A DNA stretch of 57,601 nucleotides, counting the filler, from Jimgerdemannia flammicorona (taxonomy: Eukaryota), in NCBI GenBank assembly GCA_003990765.1. It is 3 parts of 3 records of this genome, joined end to end, with 100 filler letters (N's around TTAATTAATTAA, not from the genome) between each part and the next. Parts side by side here need not be neighbours in the genome. Positions count along the whole stretch, not along the records: positions 1 to 19,136 come from RBNJ01002017.1; 2 more parts are not named here. One strand, given 5' to 3'. Position numbers and translations under genes: made by a program. The notes below the pieces were generated by a model. The model was not told where the DNA came from and ran no database searches. It was given only the letters and a program-made list of their open reading frames with translations. This document shows, in pieces, positions 1 through 11,860 of the stretch (position 1 is its first letter; each line of letters opens with the position of its first letter).

Positions 1-90
1 AAAAAAAAAAGGCTGCGAGAGCATGCCACAATTCCCCGGGAAAATAAGACTGAGCTTCGCTGACAAATCCAATTTCCTACACTCCATCCC

Positions 91-1560
91 CTAAGTCCCC
101 GGACATTTGAGACCGCTCCCGCCAGCAGTCGCAACGACGCTCGGCTTCCAATTGGTCCAGCTCAATCCCCACACCTCAAATGTGATGGTAAATGAAATCT
201 GGAGCGCCACGGACGCGCCTGCCTTCTGCGGTCCGCATGCATCGTACAGGTGCCGCCAGGTCGCGTCCGTGTTGGATTGTGTCTCGTAATCGATCGCAAT
301 TGGCAACTGAATGGTTTGTATGCCGCGCGGGTTCAAGACGGCGCCGCTCAAACTACCTTTTCCGATGACGTTGTAGTTAAGCGAGTGTGAGATAATGATC
401 GAGATCGTTGAGAATCGGATTGGGATATAGTTATCGCGGCTATCGAGGCTGACGTTGACAAGCCAATCGGCCTTGATGACAGGGGCGGTGGATGTGCCAA
501 AGGAAGTACCGTCGACGAGCGAGGCTCCCCCGATGGTCGGGATGGGAATACGTGGCCAGCAGAAGTAGGCGATGATACCGATGACGACGCAGGTGCCGAA
601 GGCGATGAAAACGCATGTTCGGCGCTTGACGCCGCAGCAACAGCGGCGCGTGCGCTTTCTGGGTATCGTGGGAAGGTCAGGTGTGGGGGTGGCGGTCGGA
701 TTCCAGTAAGTGGATTTGGGGTTGCTCTCTAAGTCGCGGTAGTGCGTCGACTCGCTGTCGGCACCCGGAATATTATCCATTGGGATGTCCCCGTGAGGAT
801 CATCCAAGGATTTACCGTCGTGAAGGTGGCCGCCGTTGCCGCCTCCAGCCGGGTTGCTGTAATTGGGAAGATCCTCACTGTAGTCGTAGATAGCCTGGCT
901 CGTCGGCGGCTTGTAAGGCTCCCTGGTGTGATGCGAGTACGGCAGATACGAGTTGGTTCGGCCCTTGTGGTACTCCCCGCTGTAATAATAACCGTCAGAA
1001 TTCGCCGTTATCCTCTTATTGGTGGGGTGGCCGTATCCATCGTCATGCTCGCCGTAGTCCTCCGATCCCCGTCCATAGCTTCCCGATCTGATGTATGTGG
1101 ATCCGTCCGAAGCCCGTGAATCACCGGCCACAATCCCTTTCGAGCTATACTCTGATTTTTGGTCGATGAAGTCCTCGTCGTCGTCGTATGGTAGCTTGCT
1201 GGATCCATGCCGCTCTAAGAGCGAGTAGAGTAGTAAATATGTAATGAATATTGGGAGCCTAAAAAGGCGAGCATCTTTCCGACCCACACGTAAAATCCGA
1301 AATCCAAAAAATGCTCCGGGATACGCCGAAAACTCACCTTGTCCATACGGGGTGGCCCCCGTCTGCGCCGCTGTCTTCTTCACCACCCGGTACGGATCGC
1401 TCTGCGGTAAGGGCGATGGATATCCGGCGGGCTGGGACTGGCGACCCCGCGAGTTTGCTGGCGCATAGCTGGTACGGTAGGACTCGGATGAAGGAGCAGG
1501 GTACTGTGACTGTCGGGGGGATTGAGCGTAGGGGTCGGTACGCTGACGGTCACGGTCCAT
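91..1560 (-). CDS. Single-pass membrane protein: long low-complexity N-terminus, Cys-rich juxtamembrane motif, TM helix, C-terminal LEA_2-like beta domain; probable in-frame intron 1215-1337
   Basis: 489-aa ORF with RRCCCGVKRRTC followed by hydrophobic VFIAFGTCVVIGIIAYFCWPRIP and a beta-rich C-terminus. A GTGAG donor at 1337 and TAG acceptor at 1215 bracket a 123-nt stop-free segment. Confidence 0.7.
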   Translation of the reverse strand: MDRDRQRTDPYAQSPRQSQYPAPSSESYRTSYAPANSRGRQSQPAGYPSPLPQSDPYRVVKKTAAQTGATPYGQGEFSAYPGAFFGFRILRVGRKDARLFRLPIFITYLLLYSLLERHGSSKLPYDDDEDFIDQKSEYSSKGIVAGDSRASDGSTYIRSGSYGRGSEDYGEHDDGYGHPTNKRITANSDGYYYSGEYHKGRTNSYLPYSHHTREPYKPPTSQAIYDYSEDLPNYSNPAGGGNGGHLHDGKSLDDPHGDIPMDNIPGADSESTHYRDLESNPKSTYWNPTATPTPDLPTIPRKRTRRCCCGVKRRTCVFIAFGTCVVIGIIAYFCWPRIPIPTIGGASLVDGTSFGTSTAPVIKADWLVNVSLDSRDNYIPIRFSTISIIISHSLNYNVIGKGSLSGAVLNPRGIQTIQLPIAIDYETQSNTDATWRHLYDACGPQKAGASVALQISFTITFEVWGLSWTNWKPSVVATAGGSGLKCPGT

Positions 1561-2314
1561 GGAGTTGGGTCAGGGATGGTGGTCGTCGGATGGAGTCGGC
1601 AAAGGGGCGGTGCAGAAAACAGAGAAGCGGGGGGACACGGAAAGGGACCAGTGTTATAATTAGCCGCCCGTGGCCCAATTGGGCGCTATAAATCACCCTC
1701 CACACAGAATTATAGCAAGCATCTCTATTTCGGGTCCAGACCCTCTCCTACTCCGCTCCATCATCCGCCCGCGTTGCCCATCTTCCAATCAATCAGGGTT
1801 TCCACACTAGGCCACAAACCATCCCACCCGACGAGAACATTACTGACTGTCATTCAAGTCGACGTGCCACACATCCATCCATGAACAATCACTTTTTCCG
1901 TGTGAATAATGTTCCGTCGATTGTCTGATGACCTTTCCTTATATTAATGCCAAACTTAAACATGCATATGGCCCAAGGTTTAAGACAACAAGGAAACATG
2001 GCGAAAAATCATTTTTATGAGACACGAGCTTCTATTTATGCGAGTGAAAATAATCAAAGAGATACTACAAAGCAATATGTTGGGTACATGAAAGAATGGC
2101 GGAATCATTGAAAACTAATCCATAAACGGATCGAAACTTTGTATATATATTATAGGCGACACCATATCAGAAAGACAAACATTCCACCCTTGCGAAAATT
2201 CATGTTTGCAATGCCATCATCCGTCACCATCCCACTAATCAATTACTTCACCAATGCACATGAACCTATTCATTCTGATTCATTCTGACTTGGCGCGACC
2301 GATCCCCAACTCTC

Positions 2315-4643
2315 TCACCGCTTCTTCGCCGCACGTGGCTTCACGTCATCCTCCTTCGTCGCGTGCAGCATAATTTTGTTCGCGTTCGTAGGGAGCGCCG
2401 ATTGGTGGCCCTGCCAAAAAAAAAAAAAAAAAAAAGGTTGAGAGGATGCAGTGAATGTGGGTTTCATTTGCCAAACAAGACACAAGTTCACCAAAAACAA
2501 CTTCTCCGCATCGACTAGACACCGGCGTTGTTCATGACTCTTCCCATCGCCCGCCCACCATCCGATCGCCTATATGCATTCTATCACTTCAATCGCCAAC
2601 CTATGATTCACATGTCCTCCAAGAATCATACGCACCTTACTCCAGTCATAGCTGACAGCATACGCAAAGATGGTCCCATTCCTATTGAACGCAGTGCACG
2701 GGATCGGTCCTCCCACATTCTGAAACCCCTTGAGACGTTGCTTCGAGTCCTTGTCCCAAAAATTGAAGGTGCCATCGGAACCGGCGGTGGAGAAAGTCCC
2801 GTGCACGGGGTGGAATGAAATTGCGTTGACGGAGAAGACATTGCCTTGGGGATCGCGGTGGCATTTAAAGGAGAAATTGCCCCTGAAGGAAGGAATAGGT
2901 AAACACGATATAGAAGAGGAAGCTATGAGATGGCCCATTCCGTCCAGCAGAAGTGCAATTGCTCTCCATACAAAACACGATAGTCCAAAACTAAACACAG
3001 AATCGAAGCTCACGAGTGATCTTTTTCCTCCACATATTGGATCCCGACCCTGCCCTCAATCGACCCGATGGCGAAGCCCGTGCCGTTAGGGAAGCACGAG
3101 ACAACGCGGGTTTGCCATTTGAGCGGAGATTGTAGCGTCTGTGATCACGTAGTTAAAAAATGTGAAAGGAAGTAAATACCATAAATGACAAAAAAAGAGG
3201 TCATCCTATCACACCATCGACTTTGTTCAGATGCCCTAGTCCTGACAAGGTATATATATGTTTTTCATCCTCCAAATATATATATCTCGCCATTTGTATT
3301 CCTCGAACAACATGTATTCTCACCAACCTTATATGGTACCGACGGATTATTTAGATTGTATATGAGGATATTGCGTTCCGCCGTGCCGACGACCAAAAGC
3401 GGGAATACCACATCCATGCTGTAGACCCGTTCAGGTAGCGTGACGACTGCGACGGGTTGTTGCGTGCGAAGATCCCAGTACTATGATAGGAAAAACGAGC
3501 GCGGAAGACAGGATTGTCATGGAGTCCCTCGCTCTAAAATCAAAGGTGATACACTCTGCGGCAAATCGAATCGCCTCGCCCAGTACAACCACGTATCCTA
3601 TCACCACCACCATCATTTCTCTCGCGTCGCGCTCAAGGTCAACAAGCCAGATACTACTCCTTCCAATCCTTACCTTGACTGTTTTGTCCCAGCTCCCCGT
3701 AGCGACGATGGGGGATGCGCCATCGACCCACCGCACTTCCCTGACCGTCAAGTCATGCTGCGCGATCTTTGTTGCCTGTCCTGTGGACAGGTCGTAGAGG
3801 CGTGCAGCATTGTCAGCGCCACCGGAGACAAGCTTCATGCCATCCTGCGTGATGAATCAGGTACATATGTGGTTAGAAAAAGACGTCGCCAATCTTGTCG
3901 GAAGGTGGCTTAAGTCAACGCCCCTCTGAACAATTGCTGTCGTCGATATGAGGATGTGACTCCATTCACGATATTATATTGAATTGATGATCCAATGAGC
4001 AGACATCCAGGCTACGAGCCTTTTTCTCAAGACTGAGGTGAGATTGATTTAAAGCAACCTCCCCGCATTACTTGTAAACTGATTCTGTCGACGGTTCGCA
4101 AGCTTAACACCGAGTGTTACATGCCATGCCTTATGCAAATCATCACGATAATAATGGCAGAGTTATGAAGTAGCAACTTTCAAACAGTGCGTTCTCACCT
4201 TGCTCCATTGACAACACAGTGCGGGACCCTCGTGAGAGTACGCAGCCTTAGGTACGGTGCTTCCGTTCTGTTGAACCTCCCACATCCTGACCTAGTGAAT
4301 GTCAATAGAAAGTTACATTCGAAAAAGCGAGCGGGATTTTTGTAACACGAATAAGGTGCGCCACCGATTCGCCACTGGCAGCTCGCGAGAATACGTTACG
4401 CGTGAAAGGACAGCCCCCAACCAACGGCTTTGCGCTGGTAGGTAATTAAGAAGGACAGCAAGAGCAACGGGGAAAGGCATACGAATGAGTGCATGCCTGA
4501 TTGTCCCATGACGACGCAGCCAAGAAGTCGGCCTGGGGTGAGAACGACAAGCTCGAAATGCCGTCAGTTGGGGGCGATTGAACCTGGACAGCAGCGTCGT
4601 CAGATGGATTGGCGTTAGACTGCGGTTGGGTGTACAATGACAT
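2315..4643 (-). CDS. RAE1: mRNA export factor Rae1/Gle2 (WD40), 7 exons
   Basis: Spliced translation gives [105 protein letters not shown] and [13 protein letters not shown], all characteristic of Rae1/Gle2. Confidence 0.96.
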
Positions 4644-4844
4644 TATTATTGTAACGGAGGAGGGGAAGTAAGTACCTCGAAGTCGCCTGGCTGGTCCATA
4701 ATAATTGTGTAGTTTTGAGGGTAACGCGTTTCGAGGGGAGTAAACAAGGTTGGTGGCGAATGGTAACTTGTAACCCCTTTATTTTTCGGGCGGGACTGTC
4801 GTTTGCCACAGCCCAATCCACGCAATTTATTATGTCTACTATGT

Positions 4845-5802
4845 CTACTTGAATTTCTTGACCAACGCCTCAATCCTCTCTTTCGTCTTTGCAGACAACC
4901 CCTCGTCGTGGCCGAGGCAGAAAGCTGGTGGGTGCGGAACAAGCATTGCAATGAATTTCACAAAATAAAAAAGTGGTAATGCCACAAAATACTACACGGG
5001 AAACACTCACAAAGAAAATTCAACACTGCTGGCTTCACATCCGACGCCACCTTGAGCGTTTCGGACACCGGCTCAATGATGTCAACCAGGAGGATGATGA
5101 AATCGGTCGAGTACGGTTGATCGGCCATATCCAGTACCTGTCGACGACGAGAGTGGTGACCAAGATATCCCAACCTACCAACTCCGAAATCTCAGCTCAA
5201 TCCACAACTACAACCCACCTTCTTTACGCCATGCACGACCAAACTCTCGTCTAACCGGAGGCCGATCCTTTGGAAATATCTCAGCACAGGTAACACGTGA
5301 CCGAGTTGGACTAAATACATCATCCGATCGACGAGTGTGCGGCGGAGGGCCATCTATAACGATGGATACAATATACGTCAGGCCCCGTCGATTAAAGCCT
5401 ATCTTTGTATCCTTTGAAAGGCGGTCGATGGAAAGAATTACGCTACCAAAATTTCGGGGCTCAAATTCAAGACCGTCTTCTCCAGAATATTGCGCAATAC
5501 GTCAAACACCCAATGCCGTTGCAACGGATGTAAATAAGCTATCTGCGAGTAACGATAAAACCCCCGTGCTCTGATTAGTTCGAATTCATCGAAGAACAGA
5601 CATTCCAAAAGCACATGTCCCTGTGCCCACCACCCACCTCATCCAGTAGCATATGAGGTACCAAAGCTTCGTTGGTCCGGAAGTAGGTCTCATAAAAACT
5701 CGTCTCCATCAAAATGTATTGCAACCAGATGAGAAGCGCGAGAGATGCCACGGGAGTCCTGTATGTGAAGTAGTGTGAGTGAAAGAAAAGTACGTACAAT
5801 TT

Positions 5803-5835
<33 letters not shown>

Positions 5836-8081
5836 GAGGATCAGTGAAAAGCACACAATCTAACTCATCTGTACGTTACTTTCGGCCATATCTCAACACC
5901 GCCTATTAAGTAATCCCCCTCCCCACCCAGCACACTTTCGACACAGGAAACCCCACGAAAACCCACTCTATCATTTTCAAAATTTCCTTGAGATTCGGAT
6001 TCAAATCCGCGCCCGTAGTTTTCTTGGATAAAATCTCATCCAATGCTTTGAGCGTATTCTGCGTAGCCGTCAACTCACTCTTATCGACCTGAACGGTTGA
6101 GTAAATCGGTCCAAATCAGCACATGGGACGAAGAAAGTTCGTCCTTTTTACTCACGAATCCTTTCCTCCCTTCCTCCTTCCTGCACGTGCTCGAGCATGC
6201 CACGCGTTCTTATCCAGTGACCCAACATATCACAACAACCTAACGCAAATATAGCGGACGTACCGATCCTGGCTTCTCGTTTTTCACACTCGCCGCATAC
6301 GCAACAAGATACACTAGCCGCTCCTTAATCTCGCTCTTTTGCGGCTGTCCACTTTTCGGTGGAATTATCATGGCGCGCATCAGAATCTCTAAAATACAGA
6401 GAAGAATCGCGATTTATGGTTTACCATTGAATATAACATCCCGAAATGCCGACGTTAGTCAGAAACGAATCAAAGTGAAACTGTGAAATGAAGAGTTTAT
6501 CAGAAGGGAACCGCACCAAATAGTTCTGGATCGCGCAGATGTTGCACTAATGGCGGCTGTGAGACAGTGTAGGCTTTGTAGAGCTAGAGGGGGCAGTCAG
6601 ATTGCCGAATATGAGCATGACTGAATATGAATCTTGAGTATGTCTTGCTTGAATAAGATTACAATGTATGTCATCAAACCAAGTGTGTACGAAACGAACC
6701 GTCATGACATCGCCTGGTGTTGGATTTTTCGAAGACAGCGTCGCGTTGACAGCCTCTGCGATATTCGGTGGCGCTTGGGCGATCGTCATTCGCAGTTGAC
6801 TCACGAGTGGAGGCCTGTCAGGACAACAGAAATCGAGTGTCGGCAAATGGACGTACAGCTGATTTATCCGCAGACTGTTGAGCCCACCACAGAAAAAGAT
6901 ACTCACTGATGATGCCGCGTCATCGCGCCCTTCTCCAGTTCCTTGGAAACATGCCTGAACGACAACCCGCCTGGTTCGTCCGACAACCGCTTCAGCATTA
7001 CTTGCGTGTAGAGGTAAGTTTGCTGATTCGCGCAACAGGTTCGCTGCATGACACGGAGGTATTGTGAGCATTGGAATATGGAGATGCGAAATTTTCAGAC
7101 AGATTATTGGCACAATGATCTAGAATCTTGCAATATCGGACTCACCACAAAGTCTGGGATACTTTCTTCTACGTCCACATCGTCTTCTTCCCGTATGTGT
7201 TCCAATGAATCTTTCAGGACCCCGTTGAACACGTTGATGTACACGGCTGCGGCGGCAATCTTAGCAATTTCTCCCTGATGGCCCGCGTCAGAAATTTTCT
7301 AGTAATATGATCGATAAACATTAAGCATACTATGCAAAACCTGTATTTTATGTCATAGAAAGCCGGATCCAAAAGTATTGGATGTCAAGGTGAGTGTAAA
7401 TTTTAAACCTGGATGGCAAAGTTTAGCAAAAGGCACTGCTGGTATTTCTCGGATAGTTCATAGATAACTTGGCGCCAAAATGGATCTTCAATCATCTGAT
7501 CGAGCCAGTCTGGAGATGTCTACAGCATTAATGAAAAAGGTCATTCTGCTGTTCTGCCATACCTATTGGACAATCATAGCCGTAACAAAACATATATACG
7601 ATAAGACATGCTGCGTGCACCTGTCCGCTCATGAATTCTTCATCGACACTCTGCGGATCGAATTTCTCCATCAATAGCTCCCTGAGAATGCCTCGCATTA
7701 CAGCCTCGCCGTCCATGTCAAGCTCCTTGCCCCATGTGGAGACAAGGTCACACATGGGCGCAAGCCCAGCGTACGACTCGGAAAGGGAGGTAATAACTTC
7801 GATCGCCGACCCACCAACCTTGAGGAACTCTCCCAAGGTTGAGTGTACCGTTGGCTCCATTATGGAGTCTGTTGGGGGTTTTGATGTGAAACCGTTGTAA
7901 GTCAAAAAGAATAGGTAAGCATTGTTAGAAGCATTGAATAAAAATTGTACCTTGGCCAGAGAGAAGGGCCCGACATCGGTCTTGTTTTGCCTGGTTGCTG
8001 TTGGACTGAGCCCACGGAGTTCAGAGAATGAGATATCACGAGAAGTGCAAAAAACCCGGTCTCGCGGAGCATGCTTACCAT
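4845..8081 (-). CDS. NELFCD: Negative elongation factor C/D (TH1 family) homologue, multi-exon
   Basis: Exon peptides recall metazoan NELF-C/D in order: DSIMEPTVHSTLGEFLKVGGSAIEVITSLSESYAGLA, LLMEKFDP, SDAGHQGEIAKIAAA, LIRDP, YLVAYAASV, TPVASLALLIWL, HMLLDEV, YFVT, VLDMADQPYSTDF. Start inferred at ATG 8081 (followed by GTAAGC), stop TAG 4845-4847. Confidence 0.88.
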
Positions 8082-8941
8082 TCGTCACACTGAGTTGGGA
8101 ATCCAGTGAACAAGGACAACGCGTCGCGAACCAAATGTATAGCTTGTTTTGTTTTGTACCAGTGACGTCATCCCAAGCCACAACTAGAATATTTTGCAAG
8201 TCACGTTCCCAGTATGCAACTCCTTCGACATGCGCAGTATTTAACTCAGTGAGTATATACAAACATGAGCAGTCCGCAAAATGTCGTTCACATGCAGAGA
8301 ATCGTTTCGATTGTTCAAAGTGGGTTCGTTCTTCAGATCATATTTGACATATCATGCCTGGCATGGAAAGCAAGGGAATATTATACCCTTTAATGGAAAA
8401 TGGAGGTCTCTGTGTTGGTGCAGCCAAACGGCCAAACGGTGTGGTCTAGTTTGCTTCTGAATGTTTCATAATCATATGATATCCTATCGCGGTTACCTTT
8501 TGCGCTAAGGAATGTAAAACACGGATTTTTTTTTTTTTTATGTGTGATAAATGAAAATGCCAGGTGAACACGAAAACCTCATAGCATTATTAATATTTAC
8601 AGATCACAGATTATGATCAGAAGTAAAACAAGAGTCGGCAAAGCGAGAGAAAAAGACAACATGTGTGCGAAACAGAAGAGCAAGCAAGCACGGCGATTAA
8701 TGCGAGAAACAGGAAACAGCAGAAGTACGGAAATGCATTCAGAGGACAAACATTTTTTGGAAGGGAGTCTAAAGACAACGGCACTTGTGATAAATGATTC
8801 GAACAATATAGGTGAGGGGGCTGGTAATGGATTAGATTAAATAATAATAAAGATAATAATAAAGCCAAATGCCCCCATGGGTATTAGATATGGTCAGCAT
8901 CGCTCTCGGTCAGCGCCGTCGAACGTCGAACACGACACCAT

Positions 8942-9697
8942 TCAAGCGTTTATAGTGGTGGTATCCCACTTGCTGAATTTTGGCACGAATGCGCGGACGG
9001 CCTTGTGACCAGCCTTGGCGGCTCTTGGAAATAGTCCGCTCCTGACGTCTTCCTCCTCCATCGTCAGCAACGACAACGGGTCAGACGTGGTGGATGACGA
9101 TACGCTACCGCTAAGGCTCGGCGGGGTTTCATCGTCCTCCTCCGACGCTGGTGACGCGGACCTGGCGCGGCGGGTCTCGATGTCGACACTCTTGGAGCTC
9201 TCCTGTACGTTCTGGTCCAAGATGCCGTCCCAAGTCATGTGCTTAGCACGACGTGCCTCAACAGTGGGAATCGGCACGGGCGGGCGGGAAGAAACCGAGG
9301 GCGTGTGGAAGTTGAGGATGTCATAGCCTTCCGAGAGGGAGCGACGCATGACAAGGCGGTCGGCAGACGGGAAGAGCTCGTTGTCTGAGGATGGGCGCGT
9401 GTGCCAGTGGTCGCGCTTGAAGTTCATGGTATCGAGCGAGGGCGGCAGGTAGACGCCGGAGTCGTTGATGGTGGAAAGTTCGTAGATGTGCTCCTTAGCC
9501 GCCTCACGGAGCGGAAGCTCGGCTGCGGTTTTAATGGAGATGGGGGAGGATACCAGGGAAGAAACGCTCGTGGTGCTTTGCACTGTTGCACCCGGCGCGC
9601 CATAAAATTTGGTTTTGATAAAGCTCAGGGGTTGCGTGAGCGAGCGGGCGGCCTTGGAAAACCGCGCAGTAGGAGTGGCAATCATATCAGTCGACAT
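8942..9697 (-). CDS. Hypothetical Ser/Pro-rich protein, single exon
   Basis: Uninterrupted ~251-aa ORF from ATG 9697 with coding-like composition and a non-low-complexity core HIYELSTINDSGVYLPP. No family recognised. Confidence 0.6.
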   Translation of the reverse strand: MSTDMIATPTARFSKAARSLTQPLSFIKTKFYGAPGATVQSTTSVSSLVSSPISIKTAAELPLREAAKEHIYELSTINDSGVYLPPSLDTMNFKRDHWHTRPSSDNELFPSADRLVMRRSLSEGYDILNFHTPSVSSRPPVPIPTVEARRAKHMTWDGILDQNVQESSKSVDIETRRARSASPASEEDDETPPSLSGSVSSSTTSDPLSLLTMEEEDVRSGLFPRAAKAGHKAVRAFVPKFSKWDTTTINA

Positions 9698-11860
9698 TTT
9701 TGTGTGTATAGTAGGGAGTGAGTTTGGCAAAGGTAGGTGTCGGGTGATGGATGATTGAAAGATGGGATCCCAGATATTAGTTTGCAGACGAGCTGTTAAA
9801 TTGGGGAAGAGAGGGATAGAGAGGGATGCTGGGGTTTTGGCGAAAACTACAGCTTCATTAGTTCACTAGTTCCAAGGAGCGAATCTGCTTGATTGGATTG
9901 TTTGGGGGGATGACACCGCAGTTTTACAAATGTTACTAGGCACCCCGGGTAAGGGGCAAGGCGATTCCTTTTCGCCGCACGGCATTGGTGGTACCACACC
10001 CCTTTGTGCATCTTGCAGCTGTTTTGAGGTCACTCTTGGCACTTATTCAGTTATAGCGGGCCGCGCTAACCAAAGGGCCGCTGATCATCCGCCTCCCCCA
10101 GTCAGCTTATTTCGCTCATCCCAACGCTGCACAAAAGGCGCGGGCACGCCAGGGCCCAGCCCTCGTGCTTGCAATTTTCGCTGGTGCGGATTTTTACGGT
10201 TTCAATTCCCACCGTCAGCGAGCACACATCATTTCATCAGCGTCAGGCTCGGGTCCCCCTCGCGTGCTAGTGGTGACCATTTTCGGGTGTGAACCGTCGG
10301 ACTTGTACGTGAATGTGACCACACCAGGTGATTAACCGCTCATGTCCAAACATGATTGACATGATACATCTGGTATGGAATTTGCGGAAGGGAACGATGA
10401 GTCATGTTATATAATGCCCGGCGGTTTTGGAGTGCCGCATTGATCTTAACACCGACCATTTAATACGTAATGGTTATCAAACAATCGTGCCTCTACCTGA
10501 CATATGCAATGCATGCCCAAGAGGAAGCCTCCTAAAGGACCTTAGCTTTTTTTTCCTTCAATATGATTTTGCTTGGTGGTGGCGCTCTACGTATAATGGC
10601 GCTGACATGACCGGGCGTAGTCCTTTCTCTTTTCGTTATAATAACATGACTATTACATAATTGTTGGTAAGTACCGGGTTTTGGGCTTTTGGGGCGATGA
10701 CGTTTTGCGATGGGGAATCCACGGACTGCTACTTTACTCTTCCAGAAGCGTTCAGTTATAAATGGAACATGCTACATATTAATATCGGTGCTTGTCGAAG
10801 TTTCCTTTTCCGGTCTTTGATCAAATTCCTATCTTTTACCAATCTCTATTACGAGTCATCATTGTAGATTAACTTTATCCATAAAGGCCTGGACTAGAGA
10901 GCTTCTCTCAATGCACAATCGATGGATTAACTGAATTACGAAGCGAAGAGGTCTTCTGTCAGACTTCAGTATGGAATAATGTACATACGCCGAGGAATAT
11001 CCTGCCATATTGAAGAATGTAGAGATGAGACCTGACTAGATCCTTTTCTGCATACTAATTCCACCCATCCTTGTCTGCAGTATCCCTACCGCTTCCATCG
11101 GTCAGATCGCGATCAACAAATCATCCTGTGTCTGAGAATATGGACTTAGGTGGCGATGTGAAGGACTCCACGAATTTCTATTACCTTCTATTAAATAATA
11201 ATGACAATAACAATAATAGGTAATGAGGCGAATTGACTGACCATTGATCGGGACATCGTCAACGAATAGTCTAACATCATACAGTGATACTATGCAGCAT
11301 GCTTTTCTATATTAATAGCATACTTGCTGTTTCATCAATCACACATACGGTACTGGAACCTGCAGTTATTCTAACCAACCCGTTGTATGCTATGCCTCTA
11401 CATGGATATGACAAGCGAACAATTAAACAATTTCGCTTTGTGGCATCAAACTCCGAATTCAGGATTCGCCTGTTAAGTCTTGAAACTGATCTTAGTCCTG
11501 CATCATCAATTCAACGGATCGTGACACGTCATCAGAACCGAATTTCACTCATGCAATATTGATTTATGAACCCCTGCGGCGAGTGAATCATGCTACCTCT
11601 CGGTGAGAGTTGATGTAATGACATGTGGGTTCAGAAACAAGGCACTTCGTATCACAACTACGAAGCCATTTACTGGATAATGACGATGAAACAAGTCTTT
11701 CCGTTAACCTTCCTGATGACTAGTGATGAGATAATTTATGAGCGAATTTCAGCTCTAGCATATGGGTGCAAGAAGAAAAAAGAACCATTTGTTTAAAATA
11801 TTATACAATACCTCCGTTTATTATGAGGCCTTCTCTGTTCACATATCTTAGAACTCCACC

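Noticed and set aside
2315..8081. RAE1 and NELFCD adjacency as ancient synteny (both map to human 20q13)
   Set aside because: The human genes are not immediate neighbours and one window cannot distinguish this from coincidence; it would need a cross-species microsynteny test.
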